Shown: piece by piece, positions 1 to 11,349 of the stretch
Layout: each line of letters begins with the position of its first letter
Position numbering within the stretch: the stretch's first letter is position 1
DNA from: Chiloscyllium plagiosum
Lineage: Eukaryota
NCBI RefSeq assembly: GCF_004010195.1
Contig: NC_057750.1
Location: 1,403,153 to 1,446,022 of the forward strand
DNA length: 42,870 bases
Reading direction: 5' to 3'
The notes under the pieces: generated by a model
What the model saw: the letters and a program-made list of their open reading frames with translations, nothing else
Told to the model about the DNA's origin: nothing
Databases searched by the model: none
Translations under genes and position numbers: made by a program

Positions 1-703
1 AGGCAGGGAGGAAGTGACAAGGTAAGGGAACCGTGGTTTACTACAGAAATTGCATCTCTTGTTAAGCGGAAGAAGGAGGCTCATGTGACGTTGAGATGAG
101 ATGGTTCAGATGTGGCGATGGAGAGTTATAGATCAGCTCGGAAGGATTTAAAGAGAGAGTTAAGAAGAGCAAAGAGAGGACATGAGCAGTCTTTAGCCAA
201 TAGAATAAAGGAGAACTCTAAAGCTTTCTATAGGTATGTGAGGAATAAAAGGATGATTAGGGTAGGAATAGGGCCAGTCAAAGACATAAGTGGGAAGTTG
301 TGTGTGGACCCTGTGGAGATCGGAGAGGTGCTAAATGAATATTTCTCATCTGTTTTCACTCAGGAAAAGGAGAATATTGTAGAGGAGCAGAATGAGGTAC
401 GAGATATTAGACAAGAAAGCATCGAGGTTAGTAAGGAAGAGGTGTTATCAATTCTAGAAGGAATGAAAGTAGACAAGTCCCCTGGACCGGATAGGATTTT
501 TCCCAGAATTCTCTGGGAAGCGAGGGAGCCTTTGGCCTTGATCTTTGAGTCATCATTGTCTACAGGTTTCATACCAGAGGACTGGAGGATTGCAAATGTG
601 GTGCCCTTATTCAAGAAGGAAGGTAGAGATAACCCAGGTAATTATAGACCAGTGAGCCTTACGTCTGTTGTAGGAAAGGTTTTGAAAGGATTATAAGTGA
701 TTT

Positions 704-1053
704 GGAGGTGGTATGATGACTCAGTGGTTAGCAGTGCTGCCTCACAGCGCCAGGGACCTGAGTTCAATTCCAGCCTCAGACGACTGTCTGTGTGGAGTTT
801 GCGCATTCTCCCTGTGTCTGCATGGGTTTCCTTTGGGTGCTCCTGTTTCCTCCCACAATCCAAAGATGTGCAGGTTAGGCCATGCTAAATTCCCCGTAGT
901 AATCAGTCGTGTGTAGGTTAGGTGCATTAGACAGGGGTAAAATATAGAGTGATGTGTGTAGGGGAATGCATGTGGATGGGTTGCTCTTTGGAGGGTTGGT
1001 CTGGACTTGTTGGGCTGAAGGGCCTGTTTCCACACTGTCAGGATTCTAGATAT
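704..1053 (+). mobile_element. HE1-type V-SINE (tRNA-derived) inserted in the LINE
   Basis: tRNA-like head (CAGTGGTTAGCAGTGCTGCCTCACAGCGCCAGGGACC...GTTCAATTCC), V-domain (GTGTGGAGTTTGCGCATTCTCCCTGTGTCTGC...CTCCCACAATCCAAAGATGTG) and CR1-like tail. The LINE resumes at GATAGGATTTACAATC. Confidence 0.9.
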
Positions 1054-1493
1054 GATAGGATTTACAATCATCGAGCAAGCAACAATTTGATTTCAGATAG
1101 TCAACATGGATTCATCAAGGGCAGGTCGTGTCTCATGAACCTGAGAAGGTGAGCAAGCATGTAGATGAGGGTAGGGCAGTTGATGTCATGTATGAAAATT
1201 TCAGTAAAGCCTTTGAAAAGCTTCCACGTGGTAGGCTGTTGGAGAAAATGCAGAGGCATGGGATTGAGGGTGATTTAGCAATTTGGATTAGAAACTGGCT
1301 TTCTAGAAGAAGGCAGCGAATGGTGGTTGATAGAAAATATTCAGCCTGGAGTCCGGTTACTAGTGGTGTGCCACAAGGCTCTGTTTTGGGACCACTGCTG
1401 TTTGTCATTTTTATAAATGACTTGAACACAGGCATAGGTGGATGGATTAGTAAATTTGCAGATGACACTAAAGTCGGTGGAGTAGTGGACAGT

Positions 1494-1509
1494 NNNNNNN
1501 NNNNNNNNN
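1494..1509. other. assembly gap (N run)
   Basis: 16 Ns inside the LINE; more LINE sequence appears to be missing than the gap length. Confidence 1.
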
Positions 1510-1974
1510 ACATAGATCCCTGAAAGTTGCCACCCAGGTGGATAGTGCTGTTAAGGAGGCATACGGTGTGTTAGGTTTCTTTGGTAGAGGGATTGAGTTC
1601 CGGAGCCACAATATCATGCTGCAACTATACAAAACGCTGGTGCAGCCGCACTTGGAATATTGTGCACAGTTCTGGTCGCCCCAATACAGGAAGGATGTGG
1701 AAGCATTGGAAAAGGTGCAGAGGAGATTTACCAGGATGTTGTCTGGTCTGGAGGGAAGGTCTTATGAGGAAAGGCAGAGAGACTTGGGTCTGTTCTCATT
1801 GGAAAGAAGGAGGCTAAGAGGGGATTTGATAGAGACATACAAGACAATCAGAGGATTAGAAAGGGTGGTCAGTGAAAGTCTTTCCTAGGATGATGACATC
1901 AGTTTATATGAGGGGGCACAACTACGAATTGAGGGGTGATAGATTTAAGTCAGATGTCAGAGGCAGGTTTTTTT

Positions 1975-2269
1975 TTAGATTAGATTACTTACAGTGTGGA
2001 AACAGGCCCTTCGGCCCAACAAGTCCACACCGACCCGCCGAAGCGCAACCCACCCATACCCCTACATTTACCCCTTTAACCTAACACTACGGGCAATTTA
2101 GCATGGCCAATTCACCTGACCTGCACATCTTTGGACTGTGGGAGGAAACCCACGCAGACACTGGGAGAATGTGCAAACTCCACACAGTCAGTCGCCTGAG
2201 TCGGGAATTGAACCCGGGTCTCTGGCGCTGTGAGGCAGCAGTGCTAACCACTGTGCCACCGTGCCGCCC
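1975..2269 (-). mobile_element. HE1-type V-SINE, young copy
   Basis: Reverse complement starts GGGCGGCACGGTGGCACAGTGGTTAGCACTGCTGCC and ends in an (AATCT)n tail. Many CpGs retained. Splits the LINE at GGCAGGTTT|ACACAGAGAG. Confidence 0.93.
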
Positions 2270-2589
2270 AAACACAGAGAGTGGTAAAGGCGTGGAATGC
2301 CCTGCCTGCTAATGTAGTTAATTCAGCCACAATCAGGGCATTTAAACAGTTCATGGATAAGCACATGGAATGATGATGGGATAGTGTAGCGGGATGGGCT
2401 TAGATTAGTTCACACATCGGTGCATCATCGAGAGCCGCTATTTGCCAAAGCTATCTCATGTCCCCTTTTTGCCCTCCTGATTTCCTTCCTAAGTTGCTTG
2501 GCTGACAGTCCTGAATTTGGTTTACATTTGGATTTATACATTTCAATGAGATCACCTCCAGTCTTCAAACGCAAGTTTTGATTCTTGCC

Positions 2590-2955
2590 TGAGATGTGGA
2601 AAGGCCAACATTTATTGCACATCCCTAATTGCCCCTTGAACTGACTGGCTTGTTTAACCTTTTCAGAGGGCAGTTAAGAGTCAACCACATCACTGTGGGT
2701 CTGGAGTCACATGTAGGCCGGACCAGATAAGGATGGCAGCTTCCTTCCTTAAAGGACATTAGTGACCCAGATGGGTTTTTTCCAAAAAAAAAATGGTTTC
2801 ATAATCACCATTAGACTAAGTCCAGATTTTGTTTTTATTGAATTCAAATTACACCATCGGCCATGATGGAATTCAAACTTATGACCCAAGAGTATTAACC
2901 CTGGGATTTTGGAGTGCCAGCCAAGCGACTTCACCAGTACAGCACCACCTCGCCT
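2590..2955 (-). mobile_element. tRNA-derived SINE, second family (tail GGGATGGGCAATAAATGCTGGCC)
   Basis: Reverse complement aligns by eye with copies at 10745-11045, 33955-34160 and 38715-38955. Confidence 0.75.
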
Positions 2956-3449
2956 TCAGTGGTTAATCCTCCCCTCCCCCCCAGCAATCAGTCTTGGTGA
3001 GCTTTCACTGCACCCTCTCCAAGGTAAGTCTATCCTTCCTTTGTGTCCGTCCCATCTGTCCTTCAATAATAGGAGGATCTCATCACTCACCACACTTGTA
3101 CTCCAGTGTTTAGGCAATAGTTTCACTTCTAAAAGGGGACGGGACAACAGGAGAAGGATATTAAGCAAAGTTCAGTTTTATAAATAGTGGCACTGAAGAC
3201 AAAAACAAGCAAGTTGTGTGAATGCTTTGTGAATCACTAATTAGGTTGGAGCTGATGCAATTCATTGATTCTGGGCACTGCACTTTGGGGAGGAGAGCAA
3301 GGCTTCGGAGATGCGACGCAAAGAATGGAATGCCACTGGGAAAGCAGGATTGCCTTGGAGAGCCAGGGATTGCTCTCCATACAGAGGGAAGGGTCAGAGC
3401 AGATTTAATGGATGTGTTCAAAGACATGCAAAAATGTAGAATAAAATAT

Positions 3450-3650
3450 CAATGGAATGAGCTGCTAGAGGAAGTGATGGAGGCTGGTACAATTACAGCA
3501 TGTAATAGGCATCTAGATGGGTATATGAAGGGTTTAGAGGGATATGGGCCAAATGCTGACAAATGGGACTAGATTAATTTAGGATATCTACTCGGCACAG
3601 ATGAGTTGGAGCGACCAGTCTGTTTCTGTACTGTACAACTCTATGACTGT
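3450..3650 (+). mobile_element. CR1 LINE 3' fragment
   Basis: WNELLEEVMEAGTIT..RHLDGYM followed by the typical 3' UTR and CTCTATGA tail. Confidence 0.85.
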
Positions 3651-3659
3651 AAGTAGGAT

Positions 3660-3970
3660 ATTCAGATCATTTAGTCTGCTCCAACATTCAATAAGATCAT
3701 GGTTGGTCTGTTTGTGTTCCAACTTTCACGTGCTATGCTCAATAACATCTGATTCTCCTGCCCAATCAGAATATATTTATCTCTGCCTTAAAAATGTTTA
3801 TTAGCCCATCACCACCAACTTCTGGGGCAGAGAGTTCCAAAGTCCCACATGTTCTGAGAGAGAAACATTCTCCTCCTCTCTGTCCTGAGATGGCAACCCC
3901 TAATTTTAAACTAATGCTCTTAGCTCTAGACTGACCCACAACAGGAAATATCCTTCCCATCCATCATGTC
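3660..3970 (-). mobile_element. old CR1 LINE 3' fragment
   Basis: Minus-strand [16 protein letters not shown] remnant and CR1 3' UTR. Confidence 0.7.
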
Positions 3971-3971
3971 A

Positions 3972-5125
3972 AGCCAGGGAACTACAGACCAGTGAGCCTG
4001 TCGTCGGTGATGGGCAAGTTGTTGGAGGGAATTCTGAGGGACAGGATGTACATGTATTTGGAAAGACAGGGACTGATTCGGGATAGTCAACATGGCTTTG
4101 TCCGTGGGAAATCACATCTCACAAACTTGATTGAGGTTTTTGAAGAAGTAACAGAGAGGATTGATGAGGGCAGATTGGTAGATGTGATCTATATGGACTT
4201 CAGTAAGGTTCCCCATGGGAGACTGATTAGCAAGGTTAGATCTCATGGAATACAGGGAGAACTAGCCACTTGGATACAGAACTGGCCCAAAGGTAGAAGA
4301 CAGAGGGTGGTGGTGGAGGGTTGTTTTTCAGACTGGAGGCCTGTGACCAGTGGAGTGCCACAAGGATTAGTACTGGGTCCACTACAATTCATCATTTATA
4401 TAAATGACTTGGATGCAAGCATAAGAGGTACAGTTAGTAAGTTTCAGATGACACCAAAATTGAAGGTTTAGTGGACAGCGAAGCAGGTTACCTCAGATTA
4501 CAACAGGATCTGGACCAGATGGGCCAATGGGCTGAGAAGTGGCAGATGGAGTTTAATTCAGATAAATGCGAGGTGCTGCATTTTGGGAAAGCAAATCTTA
4601 GCAGAACTTATACACTTAATGGTAAGTTCCTAGAGAGTGTTGCTGANNNNNNNNNNNNNNNNNNNNNNNNNNNNNNNNNNNNNNNNNNNNNNNNNNNNNN
4701 NNNNNNNNNNNNNNNNNNNNNNNNNNNNNNNNNNNNNNNNNGGGCTGTTTTCCCTGGAGCATCAGAGGCTGAGGGGTGACCTTATAGAGGTTTACAAAAT
4801 TATGAGGGGCATGGATAGGATAAATAGACAAAGTCTTTTCCCTGGGGTGGGGGAGTCCAGAACTATAGGGAACAGGTTTTGCATGAGAGGGGAAACATAT
4901 AAAAGAGACCTAAGGAGCAACATTTTCACACAGAGGGTGGTACGTGTATGGAATGAGCTGCCAGAGGATGTGGTGGAGGTTGGTACAATTGCAATATTTA
5001 AGAGGCATTTGGATGGGTATATGAATAGGAAGGGTTTGGAGGGATATGGGCCGGGTGCTGGCAGGTCGGCATGGACGGGTTGGACCGAAGGGTCTGTTTC
5101 CATGCTGTACATCTCTATGACTTTG
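3972..5125 (+). mobile_element. CR1 LINE (second subfamily), RT region to 3' end, spanning an N gap
   Basis: [55 protein letters not shown] motifs; CTCTATGA tail. Confidence 0.93.
4647..4741. other. assembly gap (N run)
   Basis: 95 Ns. Confidence 1.
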
Positions 5126-5189
5126 TGTCAAGATATGGGAACAGCTGAAAAGGAGTAGGTCATTCGGCTCTTTAAGCCTGTTCTGCAAT

Positions 5190-5308
5190 TCATGGGAAAT
5201 GCAGGGTCACAGAGATAGACTGGGTCCTGGTCGGATGTTCTTTGGAGGGGCGGTGTGGACTCAATGGGTTGAATGGCCTGCGTCCATACTGTAGGGATTC
5301 TGTGATTC
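5190..5308 (+). mobile_element. HE1 SINE 3' fragment
   Basis: Matches HE1 tail (GGTGTGGACTCAATGGGTTGAATGGCCTG..ACTGTAGGGATTCT). Confidence 0.65.
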
Positions 5309-5329
5309 ATTCTGATCAGGGCTGACCAT

Positions 5330-5825
5330 TCAGAATCTGATACATTACAATCAGATCACCCCCTCACTCTCTAACTCCTAGTGGGGACAGGCCCAGTCTG
5401 TCCAATCTTTCCCCATCAAACAACCCCCACCTTCTAGAGATCAATCCAGTAAACCCCCTCTGAACCACCGCCAGTGCATTTATATAAGGAGACCAAAATT
5501 GCATGCAGTGTTTGAGATATGGTCTCACCAATACCCTGTGGAACTGAAGGATAACATCCACACTTTAACATTCAATGCTTCTTGTGACACAGGATAGCAT
5601 TCCATTAGCCTTCTTTATCACTTGCTGTACTAGGTAACTAATGTTTTGTGATTCACTCCCTAGATCCCTTTGTGATCAGAATTCTGAAGTCGTTCCCCAT
5701 TTATATAATATTCTGCTTTTTTATTCTTTCTGCCAGAAGTGATTAACTTCACATTTTCGAACATTATACTCTATCTGCCTAATTTTCGTTCACACCCTAA
5801 ACCTATCTATATCATCGGCACCATT
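5330..5825 (-). mobile_element. old CR1 LINE ORF2 fragment
   Basis: Minus-strand DVILQFHRVLVRPYLKHCMQFWSPY..ERLDRLGLSPL. Confidence 0.8.
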
Positions 5826-5929
5826 GCTATGGAATTGTAACCACACACTATCTCTGTGTCACACCCCTTCCATGTAAATGATGCCTCAGAGAGTAAGGGA
5901 TAGAGTAAGTCAGGAGGAGATGTTTCCTG

Positions 5930-6000
5930 ACTGGCAGGAAACACAGAGTGCTGGAGAAACTCAGCAGGTCTGACAGCATCTGTGGAGAGAGAAACAGCAT
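5930..6000 (-). mobile_element. Penelope-like element end fragment
   Basis: GCTGGAGAAACTCAGCAGGTCTGACAGCATCTGTGGAGAGAGAAACAG, shared with other PLE-end copies in the window. Confidence 0.55.
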
Positions 6001-6459
6001 GAAGTGAAGCACATGGTCAGGTTTTGCAAACCTTCACTCTTTTGTTAACGTTGCTGCTAACATGTTCGTGTGCAATGTTTGGGGGCGATTGGCTGTCTAA
6101 GACAAAGAGTCCTGACTCTTCATTCAGGGCAGTTTCGGTTCCCCTTGGCTGCTGTTTGCTCTCCGCTCTCTGGGGACTTGGCTCTTTGTTTCTGTCTCAT
6201 TTTCCCAAAATGTAAACACATGGAGAGGCCCAGGCCAGGCCACACCATTGAGTGAAGGGCAGGGGATGGCTCTCCATGGCTCCTACACCCCCCACCCCCG
6301 ACCGCCGCAATGCTGAGTCCCTCAGTCAGGCACTAATCAGATGGCCAAGTGGTGACCCCCACCCATCCAGGACCCAGCCCACCTCGAGGGAAGATGTTAA
6401 ACCGACCCTCTTATAATATAGCAAAGAGAGTGGCCATTCAGCCCAAGATTCCTGCTCTC

Positions 6460-6561
6460 CTGAGTTCTGAGAAGGTACACTGGACCTGAAACATTAATTC
6501 TAATTTCTCTCCACAGGCGATCCCAGACCTGCTGAGCTTTTCTAGAAATTTCTAGTTCTGT
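6460..6561 (+). mobile_element. Penelope-like element end with degenerate hammerhead motif
   Basis: CTGAGAAGGTACACTGGACCTGAAACATTA followed by TTTCTCTCCACAG..GACCTGCTGAG. Confidence 0.55.
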
Positions 6562-7230
6562 TCCCACTCTCACACTGTGTCTGTGACTCCCATTGGCTCT
6601 CACATTGTGTCTGCGACTCCCATTGACTCTCACACTGTGTCTGTGACTCTTATTGGCTCTCACATTGTGTCTGCGACTCCCATTGACTCTCACACTGTGT
6701 CTGCGACTCCCATTGGCTCTCACACTGTGTCTGTGACTCCCATTGACTCTCACACTGTGTCTGTGACTCCCATCGGCTCTCACACTGTGTCTGTGACTCC
6801 CATTGGCTCTCACACTGTGTCTGTGATTCTTATTGGCTCTCACACTGTGTCTGTGACTCCCATTGGCTCTCACACTGTGTCTGTGACTCCCATTGGCTCT
6901 CACACTATGTCTGCGACTCCCATTGGCTCTCACACTATGTCTGCGACTCCCATTGGCTCTCACACTGTGTCTGTGACTCCCATTGGCTCTCACACTATGT
7001 CTGCGACTCCCATTGGCTCTCACGCTGTGTCTGCAACACCTATTGGCTCTCACACTGCATCTATGACTCCCATTGGCTCTCACACTGTGTCAGCGATTCC
7101 CATTGGCTCTCACTCTGTGTCTGCGGCTCCAATTGGCTCTTACACTGTGTCCTCTGCGACTCCCATTGCCTCTCACACTGTTTCTGTGGCTCCTATTGGC
7201 TCTCACACTGTGTCTTTGACTCCCATTGGT
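6562..7230. repeat. 30-bp minisatellite, about 22 copies (ACTCCCATTGGCTCTCACACTGTGTCTGYG)
   Basis: Direct 30-bp periodicity; explains ORFs 6577-7233(+) and 6397-7083(-). Confidence 0.98.
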
Positions 7231-7329
7231 TGACAATGCAAAAGCACGGCCAACGTTTCAGGTGCAGCACTTTCTGCTTAAAAACTTGAGTTCATTTTCA
7301 AGGCTTTTCACAAAGCAGAGATGGGGTGG

Positions 7330-7712
7330 GTTGGGGGGTCATTTCTGATTGAGATACACAAATGCCTGAGGGGCATAGACAGGATACGTAGGGAGAAACC
7401 TTTCCCCTTTGTAGAGGGATCAGTAACCAGGAGGCATGCTTTATGATAAAGGGTTTAGGAGGGGAACTGAGGAAAAGATATTTCACTCAAAGGCTGGTGA
7501 GAATCTGGAGCTCACTGCCTAAGAGGGTGGGAGAGGCAGGAACCCTTCTCACACTGAAGAAAGATTTTGATGAGCAGTTGAGACGCTGTAGTTCACAAGG
7601 CTAAGGGTCAAATGCTGGAGAATTGGATTATGTTGGATAGATGGTTGATGACCAGGACAGATACGATGGGCTGATGGGCCTTTCACGTCTTGTAAATGCG
7701 CTATGACTTTAT
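7330..7712 (+). mobile_element. old CR1 LINE 3' fragment
   Basis: GGGGTCATTTCTGATTGAGATACACAAA..TGGAGCTCACTGCC..GGGCTGATGGGCCT tail. Confidence 0.7.
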
Positions 7713-8364
7713 GATCAATTAATCCCACTCCTTTTCACTTTCCCTTAATACCCCAGTAACATTCCCTTTCAACTATTTTCCCAATTTCTCCATTTGAAAA
7801 GTAAAACTGATTTGGATTCCATTGCTGTCTCGGTCTGTGCATTACAACCGAATGCAAATTTCTTTCTGGCTGTTAACTCCTGTCGAACCCATGCCCTGGC
7901 CTCCCTGTCTGCTGCTCACAGTATTGGTTCAGACATCTATTGTCAGACATTAATCTCAATCTTCCCAATCCCTGCAGTATTCATCATAACACACTTTTGA
8001 GTGCCCAAAATATCTGAGTCAACGTGTTCTTGCAGTCAGCTTTATTTCTCCATCTGCCATCCTCTCTTTCTCAATTGATGTAAGGTCATCCCATCAACTC
8101 CTGTGATGTTTAATTCAAGCCAGCCTGTGGAACGCAATTGGATTTATTCCACCTGAATGTTAGCTGTGATTCTGCTCAACACCAGACTCTGTAAGAGAGC
8201 TGAGATAATGGAACTTTGCAACACTCACCCTCTAACCAGACAAAAGAGGGCTGACTATCCTCCATGTGGGCTTGGATTGTGTTGGATAGGTGCTGGAGAA
8301 TTTATTTAATAATCTCAAGCCCAAAGCCATCCACCTCCAAAACACCTACTTGTTGTTTCAACAG

Positions 8365-8969
8365 GTAATGTGGAGGTGCCGGTGCTGGACTGGGGTGGAC
8401 AATGTCAGAAGGCACACAACACCAGATTGTAGTCCAACAGGTTTAATTGAAATCACATACTTTCAGAGCGCTGCCCCTTCATCTGGTGGAGTGATAGACT
8501 TGTGTTTGCAGATGCATTCTATTTTGTTCAAAAAGTTCATAATGTGTAGGCAGTCAGTCCATGTGACAGCTTATAAATTCCTACTTTGGAAATAGAACCA
8601 GTCTGACTCAAAACTGGGATACAGTCAGATTCCAACCTCACACCTTTAATGCATTGTCTGAGCTGAAGCATCACCTTTTTTTAATAAAACCTTAAGCTAT
8701 CTTGGGAATGTGACTGGAAAGAAGTTCTGGGATTTACATATTAATGAACTGAAACCTGCAACCCATTCTCAGTGATTAAAGACTTAGCAGCAATCTAGGT
8801 TTGTTCAATACATCCCATCAGTTGTAGGATACTTTGATCTTTTACGATAAATTCTGTGTCCTATGATCCTGCCCCACTAACTACCTGATGATGGGGCAGC
8901 ATTCCAAAAGCTCGTACTTCCAAATAAACCTGTCAGACGATAACCTGGCGTCGTGTGACTTCTGACTTG
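8365..8969 (+). mobile_element. non-coding Penelope-like insertion with inverted terminal copy and 10-bp TSD
   Basis: GTTTCAACAG at 8355-8364 and 8970-8979. About 8403-8487 is an inverted copy of about 8883-8968. Hammerhead-like CTGATGA..GAAAGCT and AATAAA lie in the repeat. Confidence 0.8.
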
Positions 8970-9084
8970 GTTTCAACAGATCTAGGATGAGGAGGAGGTC
9001 ATGCAACCCCTCAACTCTGTTTGCCTCTATTTAACTTCCACCCAGCAGGTTAAAGGGAGGTGAGAACCAATGTTTAGAAGAGGT

Positions 9085-9290
9085 GAGTAGAGCTGGTTTG
9101 TGATGCAGAGTGACACCAACAGAGTGGGTTCGATTCCCACACAAACTAAGGTTACCATGAAGGGCTCTCCCTCCCAACCTCTCCTCTCACCTAAGGCACG
9201 GTGACCCTCAGGTCAAACCATCGCCAGTCATTTCTCTCGGATGAGAGAGCGGCCCCATGGTCTGGAAGGACAGTGGTGACTTGACCTTTC
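9085..9290 (+). mobile_element. tRNA-derived SINE, third family
   Basis: B-box GGTTCGATTCCC; body aligns by eye with 42110-42320. Confidence 0.65.
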
Positions 9291-9319
9291 CCTCAGTCGA
9301 GCAAAACTGCCTCTGTTGA

Positions 9320-9615
9320 CAAAAGCTGTGAGAACCAGAGGGGCATTGATAGAAGTTGATTGGCGAAAGGGCAACATGAGCAGTGAGACTTTTTGACTCA
9401 GTGAGTCATTTGGATCCGGAATGACGCTGCCTGGGAGGATACCTGAGGAAGATTTAATTCTGTATTTCAAAAGGGGATTGGATAATCCTCGAAAGGTCAA
9501 CCTTTGATGGGCTATGGAGAAAAGGCTGGGTGTGGGGGTGGTGGATTTGGGATTTGCTGAGTTGCTGAGCGGGCAAGGCCTCAATGGGCAGAAAGGCCTG
9601 CTGTGCTCTAACAAT
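9320..9615 (+). mobile_element. old CR1 LINE 3' fragment
   Basis: AGAACCAGAGGGGCAT..GGAATGACGCTGCCTG..ATGGGCAGAAAGGCCTGCTGTGCT. Confidence 0.6.
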
Positions 9616-9849
9616 GATGACAAGGAGTATGGAGTTTGCTTTCAGTGCTGGCCTCATGTTATGAGATGGCTGGAGCTAATGTCTGCGTCTGTGTGAGCGT
9701 TTGTGCGTGTTGCTGCATTTCCAACATTCCGAAGGATGGGAATTGTTCCGAAAAATGATGGTGTCATAGCTTCTGGAAAAGTTCTTTTAAAATCTGTCTG
9801 CAGCAACCAACATTCCCACCCTCGGAACAACTCATTGCTTCCGTATGAT

Positions 9850-9990
9850 CGAAAGAAAATACTGCGGGTGCTGGAAATCTGACCGAGTAGGACAGAATGT
9901 TGGAGAAACTCAGCAAGTCTGGCAGCATTTGTGTCGAGAGCAACAGAGTTAATTGATCAGGTATAGCTTGACTCTCCTTCAGCATCAGTT
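9850..9990 (-). mobile_element. Penelope-like element end fragment
   Basis: ACTGCGGGTGCTGGAAATCTG..GGAGAAACTCAGCAAGTCTGGCAGCAT..CCTTCAG. Confidence 0.55.
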
Positions 9991-10061
9991 CCTTCAAACT
10001 TTTGATTTTGCTTTCACCTAATGCCCAACTTGAAATAAAGTTGTGAATAAAGGCAGATTTA

Positions 10062-10353
10062 GGGTGACGTGGTGGCTCAGTGGCTAGCACTGCTGACTAC
10101 GGTGCTAGGGACCTGGGTTCGATTCCCCTCCTCGGGCATTTGTCTGCGTGAAGTTTGCACATTCTCCCTGTGTCTATGTGGGTTTCCTCCCACATTCCAA
10201 AAGATGTGCAGGTTAGTTGATTTGACTGTGTTAAATTGCCCATAGTGTTAGGTGCATTAGTCAGGGGAAAATGGGTCTTGTTGGGTTGCTATTCAGTGTG
10301 GGCTTGTTGGGCTGAAGGGCCCTGTTTCCACACTGTATGGAATCTAATCTAAT
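10062..10353 (+). mobile_element. HE1-type V-SINE
   Basis: tRNA head, V-domain and AATCTAATCT tail. Confidence 0.9.
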
Positions 10354-10516
10354 TTGATCCAAACTAGGTCTCAGAATTGGCACACGATACATCTCATTCA
10401 GTGTGTTTTTGTGAGGTTCACAAGGTATCATTGAATAGCTTAGTGCTCTTGGATCTGGAGTTGATAGTTTTAGGGAACTGGGGGGATTTTCTTCCTGTTG
10501 GGTTGGGAAAACACAG

Positions 10517-10730
10517 CAGAGTCGAAAGTGTGGTGCTAGATAAACACAGCAGGTCAGGCAGCATCCGAGGAGCAGGAGTATCAACGTTTCAGGTATCAGT
10601 CCTTCACCAGGAATGTGCCCGAAACATTGATTCTCCTGCTCCTCGGATGCTGTTTGACCTGCTGTGTTTTTCCAGTGCCATACCTTTCAACTCTGACTCT
10701 CCAACATCTGCAGTCCTCACTTTCACCTGT
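10517..10730. mobile_element. palindromic Penelope-like element remnant (two inverted ends)
   Basis: About 10517-10596 is the reverse complement of about 10613-10695; a hammerhead-like motif lies near the centre. Confidence 0.75.
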
Positions 10731-10744
10731 GAATGCAGAAACCT

Positions 10745-11045
10745 AGTTAACGTTCTGGGACCTAGGTTCGAATCCCACCCACGGCAGATGATGGAATTTG
10801 AAATCATTAAATACCTGGAATTAATGATGACATTGAATTCATTGTTGATTGTCAGAAAAACCCACCTGGGTCACTAATGTCCTTTAGGGAAGGAAACTGC
10901 CATCCTTACCTGGTCTGGCCTACATGTGAATCCAGATGCATAGCAATGGGGTTGACTCTTAACTGCCCTCTGGGCAATAAGGGATGGGCAATAAATGCTG
11001 CCCAGCCAGAGACACCCTCATCCCGTGAGTGAATAAGAATAAATG
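10745..11045 (+). mobile_element. tRNA-derived SINE, second family
   Basis: B-box GGTTCGAATCCC; body CCTTACCTGGTCTGGCCTACATGTGA..; tail GGGATGGGCAATAAATGCTG..GAATAA. Confidence 0.8.
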
Positions 11046-11284
11046 AAATGGTCCACTGGTTTATCTATATCCAAGAAACTCATTTACAGAAACTGCCATC
11101 CTTACCTGGTCTGCCCTACATGTGAATCCAGATGCATAGCAATGGGGTTGACTCTTAACTGCCCTCTGGGCAATAAGGAATGGGCAATAAATGCTGCCCA
11201 GCCAGAGACACCCTCATCCCGTGAGTGAATAAGAATAAATGAAATGGTCCACTGGTTTATCTATATCCAAGAAACTCATTTACA
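10893..11284 (+). repeat. 196-bp direct tandem duplication
   Basis: 10893-11088 is repeated at 11089-11284; I see two substitutions. Confidence 0.95.
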
Positions 11285-11349
11285 GCAGGTGAGGGAGCTG
11301 GAGGTCAGTGTTAACGTTAACAGTTAATGGTTCCAATCTTGTCAGAGCT

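Larger units (their letters stand above)
1..2436 (+). mobile_element. CR1-clade (HER1-like) LINE, ORF2 RT region plus 3' UTR, decayed; interrupted by two SINEs and an N gap
   Basis: ORF fragments carry non-LTR RT motifs [55 protein letters not shown] and the CR1 C-terminal LFSLERRRLRGDLIE. Several frameshifts. Confidence 0.95.

Noticed and set aside
704..790. tRNA genes (also at other SINE heads)
   Set aside because: A/B boxes run directly into SINE bodies; I could not build a complete cloverleaf.
112..1888. Functional reverse transcriptase gene
   Set aside because: Frameshifts, SINE insertions and a gap; a decayed LINE copy.
6397..7233. 218-aa and 228-aa ORFs as mucin-like or repeat proteins
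   Set aside because: Entirely explained by a 30-bp tandem unit; open on both strands; no unique domain or splice context.
8980..9059. Plus-strand coding exon next to the PLE TSD (CAACAG|...|GTGAGA)
   Set aside because: Stops in all three frames; no other support.
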